Assembly (NCBI GenBank): GCA_047967505.1
Contig: CM106538.1
DNA from: Dipteris shenzhenensis
Lineage: Eukaryota
Strand: one strand, 5' to 3'
DNA: 64,000 bases
The notes beneath the pieces are model-generated. The model was not told the origin of the DNA. It made no database searches and saw nothing but the letters and a program-made list of their open reading frames with translations. Below, piece after piece: positions 52,183 to 64,000 of this stretch. Within the stretch, counting starts at the first letter, position 1. Every line of letters starts with the position of its first letter. A program made the translations under genes and the position numbers.

Positions 52183-53649
52183 TTGCCTATTGTGTTGCCA
52201 ATGTACTTTCAAGGTGCTTAACCTAGTTCTGTAGCCACTCAATTTATGACTGTTGTTGCTTTATCTGTTGGTCTGTTTCTTTTCTGGTCACCTCATTTTC
52301 CAATACAAAAGAATGTAAAGTTGCCAATGCATCTATGGCTTTGCCAATAGTAGTTTCTTCCATTGTTGAATTTGATCTTCTAGTTAGGAGGGTGAGATTT
52401 TGCAAGATCTGATGAAAGTGAAGGGAATGGTAGAGACCCCTCATCCATAATTGGTAATCTTCTTGGAAGTTCCCTGAGATGGGGTTTGCATTGCATTGTT
52501 CCTGTTGAATCTAAAATTAGGTTAGACCATATTTCCTGCATTTGAGGTGGTTGTGGTAACTTGTTTACTGCAGCCCTTGCCTCTTTACGTGAATATCCTG
52601 CACTGAGAAATTTTGTGGATAATGATGGAGGGTCTGCTGTTGGTGATTCATCCTCTGAGCTATGAGCTATTGCAGTTGCTTTGAGAGGGGTTGTCTACTG
52701 AGATTCCTCATTGTTGTGAAAAGGAAACAAGGCTTGCAAGATTGGGGCTAACCTTGAATTCTGGGGTGATTTTCTTTTATCTTTCGTCATCACCTTCCCC
52801 ATGATTCTGAATAAAGATAACTTTTCCAATTGATTTTTTTGCCAGCTCTAGCTGCATGGAGTAGGACATAATTTTCTTTGCTCATATAATTTGTTTTTTC
52901 CGAAAGAACTCTTTCGAAAAACCAATTTAGCTGCATGAGTCTCTGAGGATTCTTTGCATTCTTCATATGATATAATAAGTTTGATTACTCTCAAGTGGAT
53001 CAAATTTTACTTCATCACAACATCACACTACATTTTTTCCACTGCTGATTGGATGCTAATGGAAGCTTGAAAACTTGAGATATTAACTCAACCGATAAAA
53101 ACAGACGGGGGTTGATTGCTCCATCAGTGCAACTAGGATGCTTGAACTGGGCTAGAGCATGAATAGTACCTCTCCACGTGCCAAGGAAGCTCTACACATT
53201 CCAACAAGCAGATTTTGTTGAGCCACATACGTATGGGTGAACAGCTCCATGTCAAAGTGAAAGTTGAAATCTTTGGAAGGAAAACATCATGTCTTTGGCC
53301 ACGGCGTTTCATCTCTCTAGGATTGATGCTCACATTGGAGTCTAAAAAATCTAAAAGAGGGGAAGAAGTGAGCTGTTCGGTTGATGGCATGGCTGTGCAT
53401 GGATTGCATCATATAGGAGTGGGAATGAGATGAGCTTTTGCAGCATCTGTTTGTATGGAAGCCATTGATTGCATGCTAAAATTGTCGCTTGAGAAGTGTG
53501 ACAATTGACATGAAAGAGTGGAAATGTGGACACCTACCTGTTATAGGCAATTGATGCACTCAGAATAAATGAACCCACTTCTGTAACTGAACCGATTATC
53601 ATTTTTTTCTGCTGAATTAGAGGATGTGGTCCCACATATAGTTTTAATC

Positions 53650-56600
53650 TAAAACCGTATGTTTGTAAAAAATGATTCCATGCATATCTACAATTCTGAA
53701 TGTACCTTCACCCAAGACATCTATTACCTGGTCTCAGCCCCAACTTTGAATTATACATAATCATTAGATCACCTTTTTTGAAGAGCTTGAATTCGATCTT
53801 CATGCCTATCTACATTTCTAAATGATGTTAGAGATCAAAGAGCTCTGAATGTTGTCTTGCTCCAATTGCTTTAGTTTTTTAATTTTGTCTGCTATTGCTA
53901 GAGAATTTTTAGGTGGTATTTTACGTTGAATAACAACGCGAAGACTTAGCACAAGAAAATCCATTGGCACTATAGCTTCAATTCCATAGACTAATGAGAA
54001 TGGAATCATACCCGTTGTGTGACTTTGAATGCTGTTCAGAATGCCCATCGTGCAAAATGCAATTTGTGATCCTAATCCGATCTATTTTCTACAACTATCT
54101 TTCTCAGAATACGGAGTAGAATTTTGTTTGATCTTTCTGCTTATTCATTTGCTAGTGGATAATATGCGGTAGTTTTTTAATGTAATCACCTTGTTGAGAA
54201 AATGGACTCCTTCATCAGAGACTAACTCAATTGGGCATTCGAATCTGGTCGAGATATTCTAATACAAAAACTTTGCAGTGTTGTTGGATTTATTATCTCT
54301 CAGTGCAACTCCTTCCACCCATTTAGTATAGTAATAAATAGCAAGTAGAATATATCCATTATGAGCATACTTTGCAGGCAGCTTGATTGTTCCATCAAAA
54401 TAAAGACCCCATCTTTGAAATGGTTCTAATGGAAAATTTGGTTGATGAGGCATCCAATCTACTTGTAGTGGCCCTCCATCTTTTTCACATTGTAGAAATC
54501 GTTTTGCAAAGTTGAAAGAATCCTTAAAATAGTGGGCCATTATAAGCCATCTTGCATGGTTTTCTTACTAGTAATATCACCTGAGAAATGTCCTATTGAA
54601 ACACCTTGATGGGCTTCTAATAATATTGCATCCTTTTTGGCATGCATTGCTTGATCATATGATCTATTGGAATTCCTCTTTTGTATAGAACTCTTGCAAT
54701 GACCAAAAATGATTTCCTTCTATTTTAGAAGTTCTTTTTGGGTCTTTAGATAAAGAATATGGAAATAAATCATCAACAACATCTAATCATACCAATTTTT
54801 TGAGTTAAGTGGGTGGATCTAAAATAGTGTTGCTTCAGCAATTGATCATATATGCCTTCACTTGCTTCGCATGATTCCAATCCACTCAAATAATCTACAA
54901 GTAATCAAATTATCGTAATAAAAAGATCCATCTGGCCAACCTTCTAGATAAATTATGTTTATCCTCCAAATAGACAAGTGCTTGATGATCAACATGAAAA
55001 ATGACTTTGTTGCTCAATAAATAATATCTAAATTTTATCAGAGAATGTATCATACCCAAAGCTTCTCTTTCCATGACAAAATAATTATAGTATGATTTGT
55101 TCATCATACACCTAGCATAATAGACTGGTCTAAACCATCTTTTGTGAGGATTACCAAAAAGCGACAGACAAAAAAAGCGAGCACTATAAGACAATAAAAG
55201 ATTAATAGATCCCCTATTTGAGTAGCAAAAAAATATAAATTATTCAAAAGCCTCCATATGTTTCCCCAATGCGAGAAGGTTAAATATACATATAACTTTA
55301 TAGCCACTAATACTAATTTTACATCACCTATAAGAGAGATGTTATGTTTCATTGCCAAGTCATGATTATATTAAAGACAAACCCTATTGCAATCAACTTT
55401 TCTCTTTCCACCATAATCATTGACACCATCAATGCAACCTTCCACACAAGTGGGGCGTTTCCAAGGACTCCTTGAATGGATTAGTCTACATTCCATGCAT
55501 ATGTAAATGCTTAGCTTTTTTAACTTTATTCACTCTTGGAAAGAAACCTATGTTTCTTTGTTACTATAAAAGCATCCCTCCCCATTGATTCACTGTTACA
55601 TCCCACTAATTCAACTAGTGTAACAAATTGACCACCACAAATTCATATTTTGGCACATAAAATTTTACTAGATGGTGCAAAAAGACACGATAATCATCTA
55701 AATCATGCCTTCCCATTTGATTCGATATATAACATGACCCCATTTGGACTTGTAAATCAAAAGATACAGGGATGTGAAAATGACATCTTTTGGGCAAAAA
55801 CAAGGAGCGCGTTAACATGCTCCATGTTTTGGCCCAAAAGATGACATTTTCACATACCTATATCTTTGCAAGTTCTCAAAATTTGGTCATGGCTCAAAAA
55901 ATAGGATTTTGATATTGCTGCTTCTTTTGATTGTCAATCCAAATGGAATACTCTTACATATCAAGTCAAATAACAAGGCATGATTTAGATGAATAAAATG
56001 CTTTTTGCACCATCTAAAAAAATTGTATGCATTAGAATATGAAATTTATAAATTTTTGTCCAATTTGTTGCACCAAAATAAAAGCAAGGCTTCCCATTTG
56101 CAATCTATGTATAATATCCAGGGGTTGTATTCTTCTCCAATTTGCCTTTTTTACTTGAAATGGTGCACATTCTATACTAGATAAATTGAGCTTTAAGTAT
56201 ATTAACACCTAATCTACCATCAAGAAGAAACCTTGATATGTCAATCTCTAAATTGAACATCAATAGTTGGAACTTTGTAATCCACATCCTCAACTTGAGA
56301 ATGATATACATGCAGATCTTTAACTTCTAGCAGAAACATTACTATCTGATTTTCCATTTTGGTTGTTGATGTAGTCAACTCCATGGGTTTGGTAATCAAT
56401 TGTTTACGAAATGTGCAGACAAAATTCAAACTCTAATTTTGTCACATATTTAAATGAGCTTTAAGTTATCCTTAAAGTCATAATCTAGTAGACTTATTGA
56501 TTTTTCTTTTTGTCTTTTTGCTTTATTTGATTCTTGGAATTGGTTGAAAAGTTATATTCTTGCCAAATTTGACATTAGGATAATCAGAAGTAACTAGTTT

Positions 56601-57750
56601 CTTCTTACTCTGAATATGACTTGAGGATAATCTAAAGTAACCAATTCCTTCTTGCTTTGAATATTTTGAATTTTCTCCTTACCTCCGATTTTGATCTGAT
56701 TTGAATTTCCTTCTTGCTCTGAATATTTTGAATTTCCTCCTCACCTTCGATTTTAATTTGAATCTAGATTCTGATTTTTCCAAGTGGTTTAATGGTCTTT
56801 GTCTTCTGTCATTGTATTGCATCCTTGCCCTTTGATCTAGTATTACCATGAGTTGAGTAGTGTTGTCTTGATCTGAAACATCTTCCACTTCTATGCATGC
56901 TAAACAATCACATTCTAACTGCGGATTGCAAATTTCTAATGGAACACTCTGATCATTCAAAATCCTTAAAAACTGGGTCAAAACACTTTGTATCTACTTT
57001 AAATTTTCCTCTTCAATTTTCTACATTATAACAGCATTGATTGAAGTTGGTAGTTGTTGTTGTGTTTGATTCTGAGGTGCTTTGTTATTTATTTGATTAC
57101 CAGAATTCCCCTTTTTGTATTATGTTGCACCATAATTCACAATCGGCTCCTTGTTTATCTCCATCCACACCACAATAGTTGCATTGTATCATGGATTTTG
57201 ATCTTGAATTGCTACTTGATTGATTTGCTTGTTGATTTGCATTCGCCAAGTGTAGAGTAATCTCTCACACTAATTTAGATTACACCAATAATTTTCTATT
57301 ATGTGTTTACCATTTTATTGCAAATTCGACAAAAAATTGTATCTTGACTTGAATTACATCTAATTTCGAGAGTTTTCAATGACTTCATGATTATCTTTTC
57401 TAGATCGATCTTCTGTGTGATTTCTTTTTCTACTAGTTTCTTCTTCTTCTTCTTCTTCTTGGAGCATTTCTTTGCTTTTTTCTTTTTTCGCTTCTTCTTC
57501 TTTTCGCTTACTTGCTCTTCATTTGAATCTTCATCTTCATTCTTGCCATTCACTTTTTATCGTGCTCTTGATCTCATCCATTATCGTTTTCAACATTGAG
57601 GTTGATCTTCTTCATTCATGCATTATGCTACAGCAATGCACACTTGATTTAGAGTCTATGCTTGTATTGTCTATAAAAATCTGATTGATTGGAATTTATC
57701 AATGCAGTGTTGCAAAGCTCAAACCAATCTCTATGATTGCTTGTGTTAAA
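53650..57750 (-). mobile_element. Ty3/Gypsy remnant: gag zinc knuckles, protease, RNase H and integrase; RT absent
   Basis: FCRICNK and CNYCGVDG (gag). FLLDGRLGVNIL...APFQV (protease, about 56090-56240). RPVYYA...EREALGMI...FRYYLL...FHVDHQAL (RNase H). LEPFQRWGL, YYTKWVEG and TTGMIPFSLVYG (integrase). Confidence 0.88.
55146..56085. mobile_element. Foldback or MITE-like element, copy A, with a large internal palindrome centred at about 55813
   Basis: GATGTGAAAATGACATCTTTTGGGC...GCCCAAAAGATGACATTTTCACAT hairpin with outer arms at 55640-55770 and 55915-56045. Homologous to 58960-59858 in inverted orientation. Confidence 0.75.
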
Positions 57751-58959
57751 GAGAAACCAATATCCTTATTGTAAATTGTAGAATAATACTAAAATAGCTT
57801 TCAAAATTATAGAGTTTGTATAAGCATGATAGCAAAATACACTTCAGAATCCAAAAGAGATCTTCACGTGGAATAGCAGAATGCTTAGACAAGAGACCAA
57901 CTTGTAGACAAGAAATATTGTATTTAGATCTGATCAAAATCGAGACAAACGTCTATACATATAGCTACAGAGAAGTTTCTTGCAGCATATTTTTAGGACT
58001 GCCAGCCACATGAAGTTATTTGGACTGTACTTTTGATTGTTACTAAGGACAACTTTTCATGTTTTGGAATATCCATATTTACAAAATGCAAACTTGGGGC
58101 TTATGCCTAACAATAGTTTCTCAACCTAAAGAGAATGGAAAGTCGAGCAAAATGAATGAACAAATGTTTCTACTATAAAACCAACAAAAGCTCATAGAAG
58201 AATCTTAAATTATCGGCATCCTCAAAGAAGTATTGTAGCTTGTTAGTCCAATTCTTCTTATAACTAATCTGTAAACCCCTTTCAATGGAGAGCTCCAGTG
58301 AGCGCTCATCTATTAGTTGATCTACGAGATACCACCATTCTTTCTAAGCGGATGTTCTATACTTCTTGTTGTCAATTTTTGAGGTAGTCGATAGAGCAAG
58401 CAAGAAAAAGTGAGCGAGAATTTGTCAAAGCATTAGGAAAATCAAGCAAGCAAAGAAAGAATCCAAGTGTCTCATAAAATAATTGCTTGAAGTAAAAGTA
58501 TTCAAAAGAGGGGTTATGTGTCACATTTCTTGAAATTGAGTAGTCCAAATTTAAGGACTATTTTAACGTCACCTCATTTCAGTTTGGCAATTACCCGAGG
58601 GGTCACTCATACACATGTAACATAGCACGGGGGACTTACATGCCATTTATGTGCATGAGGGGATTTATCAAATAGCAACTTAATATAATTTATATATGTA
58701 GATTTATGAAGGGGTGCCACAATTTTAAGATTAAAAATATAAGCGCGTATAGGGGTTTAACCAATTACATGAGAAAATATAAAAATGAAAGATTAGGGGT
58801 AATTTTTAACACATGCTTGCTTGCACATGCTTTAAGGGTTTGTGAAGAGTGACCCCCCGAGCCCCCAAGTGCAATTAAAAGGTAGAGGATGTTAAATTTT
58901 GGCTATTTTTTTGCTAAAATAGAAAGTCTATTCTCGCTCTCTATTATGGAAAACCTTGC

Positions 58960-59858
58960 TTTAAATTTAATGTAACAAATTGCACAAAAATTTATAAATT
59001 TCATATTTTGATTCACACAATTTTTATAGATGGTGCAGAAAGGCATGTCATTTGATTTGATATGTAACATTATGCCATTTGGATTTGACAATCAAAAGAT
59101 GCAGGGATGTCAAAAGCTCATTTTTTGAACCAAACAACCAAGTTTTGACAACTTGCAAAGATACAAGGATGTGAAAATGTCATCTTTTGGACCAAAACAA
59201 GAAGCATGTTAATGCGCTCCTAGTTTTTAGCCCAAAAGATGACATATTCACATCCCTATTACTTTTGATTTGCAAGTCCAAATGGGGTCATATTACATTT
59301 AAAATCAAATGGCAAGGTATGATTGAGATGATTATCATGCCTTTTTGCACCATCTAATAAAATTTCATGCACGAAAATATGAATTTGTGGATTGGATTAG
59401 TGGGATGTAAGAGTGAATCATTGGGGAGGGATGTTTTTGTAGTACCAAAGAGTTAAGAATGCTAAGCATTTAAAAATGGGTTTTGTTCCAAGAATCAATA
59501 GAGTTAAAAATGCTAAGCATTTACATATGCATGGAATAAAAATAATATATTCAAGGAGTCCTTGGAAACATCCCACTTAGTGAAAAGAGAGAACTTGATT
59601 GCTTAGAGGTTTGTCTTTGAAACCAATGATGACTTTGCAATGAAACATACCAACTCTCTTATAGGTGATGTGAAATTAGCGTTAGTGGCTTTAAAGTTAT
59701 AGGCATATTTAACCTTATAGCATTGAGAAAACATATGGACTTTTAAATAAATCATATTTTTTTATCACTCAAAGAGGGAATCTATAAATCTTTTATTGTT
59801 TTGTATCACTTGGATTTTTGGGCTCGCTCACTTTTTGTCGCTCGCATTTTGGTAATTA
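58960..59858. mobile_element. Foldback or MITE-like element, copy B (inverted relative to A)
   Basis: For example CTCTCTTATAGGTGATGT at about 59655 is the reverse complement of ACATCACCTATAAGAGAG at 55321. Palindrome centre at about 59210. Confidence 0.75.
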
Positions 59859-60116
59859 TCTCAATTTCTAAAAGAAGTTTTAGACTTATTTTGTTTATAT
59901 ATGAAGGCATGTTAGATATTGTGAACGTACAATTATAAAAGTCTTATGCTCAATATTTCTCATTCTTACATTGACTTTTATGTCTTGTATAGGTATAAAC
60001 GATTAGACAGCATCATTAAGGGGAGCGATGATGGTAGTGTTCAGTATACACATGATCAACATCTCTCAAGATACATCTTTTGATTAGGGGAGCTCTATAT
60101 AGATATCCTGTAGAGG

Positions 60117-60281
60117 GAAGCTCTTTGTAGCTAAGAGATCTCTATGTAGATATATCGTATCTTTTTGTGAATGACGTACTTATGTGTAACATATTGAGAG
60201 AAGCTCTTTGTAGCTAAGAGATCTCTATGTAGATATATCGTATCTTTTTTGTGAATGACATACTTATGTGTAACATATTGA
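60117..60281. repeat. Tandem duplication of about 82 bp
   Basis: Two copies of GAAGCTCTTTGTAGCTAAGAGATCTCTATGTAG...AACATATTGA. Confidence 0.9.
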
Positions 60282-60695
60282 TTTTCATATGTTACGCTCC
60301 AATCAGAGTATGTTTTGGCATTTGTATGTTATTTTATTGTGTATTATAAAGAAATAATGAGTAAGAGATTGAGAGAGAGTTGAGTTCATGATTGTATTTG
60401 TTTTTTTTTGGGGGGGGGGGTAAAGGGTATAAACATGAGAATATGGGAAGAAAATATGTAATGCCCAATTATACCATAGTTGTGCATAGGTCACAAATGG
60501 ATAGGTCTAACATAGAGCTAGCACATGTATGTGACAAATCAATATCTGTCAGAGTTAGCAAATGTAAGCATGTGCAAGCACACATGTACACAAATCAATA
60601 CACGTATACACAAATAGACACACATCAACACTAAAATCACATGCATACAAAATTACACACATGCTCCAAGTGTTTGTATACATGTGTAAGTGCAC

Positions 60696-60781
<86 letters not shown>

Positions 60782-63405
60782 TCTTATTGTCCAATATCGA
60801 TGACTTTGAAGTCACTCCCATTGCATTTTTTCTCCCATATATATATATATACTATTGCGGCAATGCTTGGGAGGGTGCCACATGTTCCTCAAAAGGGACA
60901 TTTTATACCAAGTAGAGATGTCCAGGTTTGTCTTCTTTGGGATATGCAAGTGTCAATGGCAACTTATTTGGATATTGTTTTGGAAGTGTCTTGCCCATAT
61001 CATACTCCTTTACACTTTTCATTATTGCCAAACGATTGTTACAACCTCCCTCAATTCCCCCTTTAGGTTCCTACTATTGGACGAGCATGTCCCTAAGGCT
61101 TAGTGGACGAGCATGGTTCCAAAGACACAATGGAAGAAAGTGGATAAAATGCAAGCTACTAGTTTGAGGTCCCTAGTCGCTCACCTTCCTGCTCTCTATA
61201 TCCAATTCTTTCGAGGCATTGAATTTGCAAGTTAGATCAGATCTGGCCCCTCAATGATCCTTGTTAATCCATATACCTAGCATGAAATTATTACAAGTCA
61301 TAGCAAAGTGTAATGCATCTCCATCAACTCGAACACTTCTCTCCACAACTTAGGATATTATCACCAATCAAGTGATCTCAATCAAGCAAGAAACGGTTGC
61401 TAATGCCAGTAGCAAAGTCACAATAAGCCAATCTTGCACATTGGAGGACTTAAAAATGGATGCCTTCATGATGATGAGGAGAAAGACTCTCAATGTTACA
61501 AAGGCCACCGACAATACTATACTGTAATGTAGCAAATTTACCCTTAATATTCAAGAGCTGAGCCTTGTTCCCTACAACTCTATAGCTACTTTTGGGCGGT
61601 TGTATTATTTTCTCATGGATCTGTGACATCATTCACTACACAATGATCAATTGTATTATTTTCTCATTGATCCATGTCGTCATTCCCTACACAATGATCT
61701 ACACAATGATCGATTGATGGGACTACCACACCATGGACACTAATAATGAAAGCTTCAATGAGAAGCTTGGAGTCTTCCCTCCTATACTAAAGAGCAAAGA
61801 TCTAACAAGGACACTTATAAAGCTTCAATGAGTAACTTTTGACTCGTTCCTCCCATACTAAAGAGCAAAGATCAAATATCAAGAGACGTTGACATGGCTA
61901 GGCTTAGCACTCAAGTGGAAGTGCCATTAGAATAGGTAGAGCTTTCTAATGGCATACCAATGGCAAGGTTCATGGAAAGGGCAAGGAAAATATAATTCCT
62001 CTTTTGCTGCTGTAGGTTTCTTTCCAATTTAGGCAAGTTCCCAAATCCTAAGCCAAAGAAGTAAATCTATCAAAAATCTTTAAGTTAGATGATTCTATAG
62101 CACTCTATTACAACACAAACCAATATAAGTTAGTTGATTCTATAGCACTCTTGAATAATTAAAGGAATTCAAAATCTCCAATTATTTAAGGACATACACA
62201 ATGAGCAAGTTACGCGAATTGAGGACCACACAAGGAGACTGTGGAGAGAGATTGATCTCATCCATCCCACATCGTCAAGGGAGAAAATATCATGGCTGGG
62301 GTAGTGGCCATGATTAGCTCTAAAGTGGGAATGAAGTTGACATGGCTGGATAATGGCCATGATTAGCACTCAAGTGGAGGTGCCATTAGAAATCTCCTTT
62401 AAGGGAGTAGAGCTTTTTTGGAAAACCCATGGAGAGGATCCTGCGATTGAGCTTTTTTTGGAAAACCCATTGAGAGGATCACGCCAAAGACTAGGCTGGA
62501 ATTTGTGGACATGATTAGCACTCAAGTTGGGTTGCCTCAAAACATCTAGATGAAAAAAAAACTTAAAGGATTCCAAAAGAATAAGCAAAAATAAATCCTT
62601 GAAGCTTCTACTAATGTTGCTGCCAAAATGGCCTAGTACTCTTCTTCACCCTCGTCTAATATATACATAGAGTTACCAATTTCATTGAGCAATCAGACAT
62701 AAGCATGGAATAGCTCTTCAATCATTTTTAACATCTACATACAATTTAGCCTTACCAATTTCCTTGCATCTACATACAATTTAAGGCTTGCCAATTTCAT
62801 TGGGCAATTGGGCAAATCTTACATTCTTAACCTTATCTTTGACTACACTCGCATCATGAGGTCCCTCTTAAAGCTCAAGCTACAATCAATTCTGCTTTAT
62901 GGTTTATCCGCCATCTTGTGGCTACTCCAAAATGCATGCTATATTAGATACATCTTTCCTTCTTACTTACATTGATCAGAACCGTCAACTACAGAATTAT
63001 GTGGTGTTTACTCAACATGGGACGCAAAGGCGAAGACAGGTATATATAGGGAATTTCTATCAATACATCATTATGAGTTGCCTTTTCTAAAAAGCTTTCT
63101 TAGCCATTTCTTCCATTCTTGTGTGACATTTGTCAAGTTTTAAATTTTGTACTAAAGGCTGAAGAAGGGTCATGAGTAATGAGTTAATCAAATTTGCGAT
63201 AGAGCGATATAACCAGCAGCACAGTGGAGTTTTTAACACTTGGACACTTGTGATTTGTAGCTAAGCTCTCAAATAGCCCAGTCGAGCTTTCCGTTGAGAA
63301 ACTTTGGGCAGGGTTTACAGTCTTAGAATCAATACAATAAACAGCACTCCCAATCACAACGAGATCCCCAAGACCCTTTTCCCAAAAGGAATAGCTGGAA
63401 AAACC

Positions 63406-63870
63406 TTAATCGCTTTTCTTTGCTTTTGCCAAAGCTTTGCTCCTTTGTGCAATCATGTACGTATACATGTAAGGGCTTCCTGTAAGAAACAGCAATTAAT
63501 ACTTTCCCTGTAAAAAATTGAAATGCTCACACAAGACAGGAATAATGGGGGAACAGTCTGTAGCACATACCAGGGATGTATGCAGCCAGAGTAGCAAGGC
63601 TAGCAAAGTAGTTATCAAAGGCGAAGTTCAATTTGTTTGGCATTCTCAGACAGTACTTATCCGATACCTGGTTGAATTATGAAATGGTCCAAACATAGTA
63701 TTATATCTTCTAGATTGAGAACACTCAGAGACGAGATTAAGTCCCAAAGGGGATAATAAAATGGTAGTATAAAGGACGAGAAGCTCACTTGAACGTAGGG
63801 AAGAGCAAGATATATAAGACCAACTTCGCTTGTTATGCCAGTTGGGTACAAGATGTAGAAGGTACTATAT
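63406..63870 (-). CDS. PAS2: Very-long-chain (3R)-3-hydroxyacyl-CoA dehydratase PASTICCINO2/HACD, last three coding exons (5' part outside the window)
   Basis: Exons 63870-63789 (YSTFYILYPTGITSEVGLIYLALPYVQ), 63667-63571 (YCLRMPNKLNFAFD...YIP) and 63479-63406 (GSPYMYTYMIAQRSKALAKAKKSD*) are in phase with GT-AG bounds. Carries the PTPLA catalytic Y..G...E motif and a C-terminal KKxx. Confidence 0.93.
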
Positions 63871-64000
63871 CTACAAAAACACAATGCCAGCTTACTTACA
63901 CGAGATGACTTCAAAACGAGACAAAAATGAAAACATTTACATCAAGATGATGCAACCCCTAAAACGGTAGATCACTCTTGCACTAATACAATCATATCAC

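Noticed and set aside
58321-58334. Met PBS for the 53650-57750 Gypsy (TGGTATC on the minus strand)
   Set aside because: Only 7 nt match, with no adjacent CA LTR end.
63871-63914. N-terminal part of ORF 63657-63914 as PAS2 coding sequence
   Set aside because: It lies upstream of the TTTTTGTAG acceptor. The nearby GTAAGT would give an intron of only about 29 nt, so I treat this stretch as intron.

Overview
Eukaryotic, transposon-dense land-plant nuclear DNA. A fern or similar large-genome plant is my guess, based on the RTE LINEs, long introns and (GA)n/(CA)n tracts. Two host genes are recognisable. The first is a complete 14-exon peroxisomal acyl-activating enzyme of the AAE17/AAE18 type (35086-50711, +, 722 aa when spliced by hand, ending in the PTS1 signal SRI). 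The second is the last three coding exons of a PAS2/HACD very-long-chain 3-hydroxyacyl-CoA dehydratase (63406-63870, -, ending KKSD; the gene continues past the window). Almost everything else is nested, decayed transposons: Gypsy and Copia LTR remnants, L1 and RTE LINEs, a CACTA transposase fragment, a hAT MITE with an 8-bp target-site duplication (TSD), a gag-only LTR element with both LTRs, and a pair of foldback elements. The most unusual signal is a hairpin-rich non-coding unit of about 530 nt found in two introns of the AAE gene. In intron 10 it forms a roughly 1.4-unit tandem flanked by an exact 18-bp direct repeat. All family calls come from motif recognition by eye; no searches were run.
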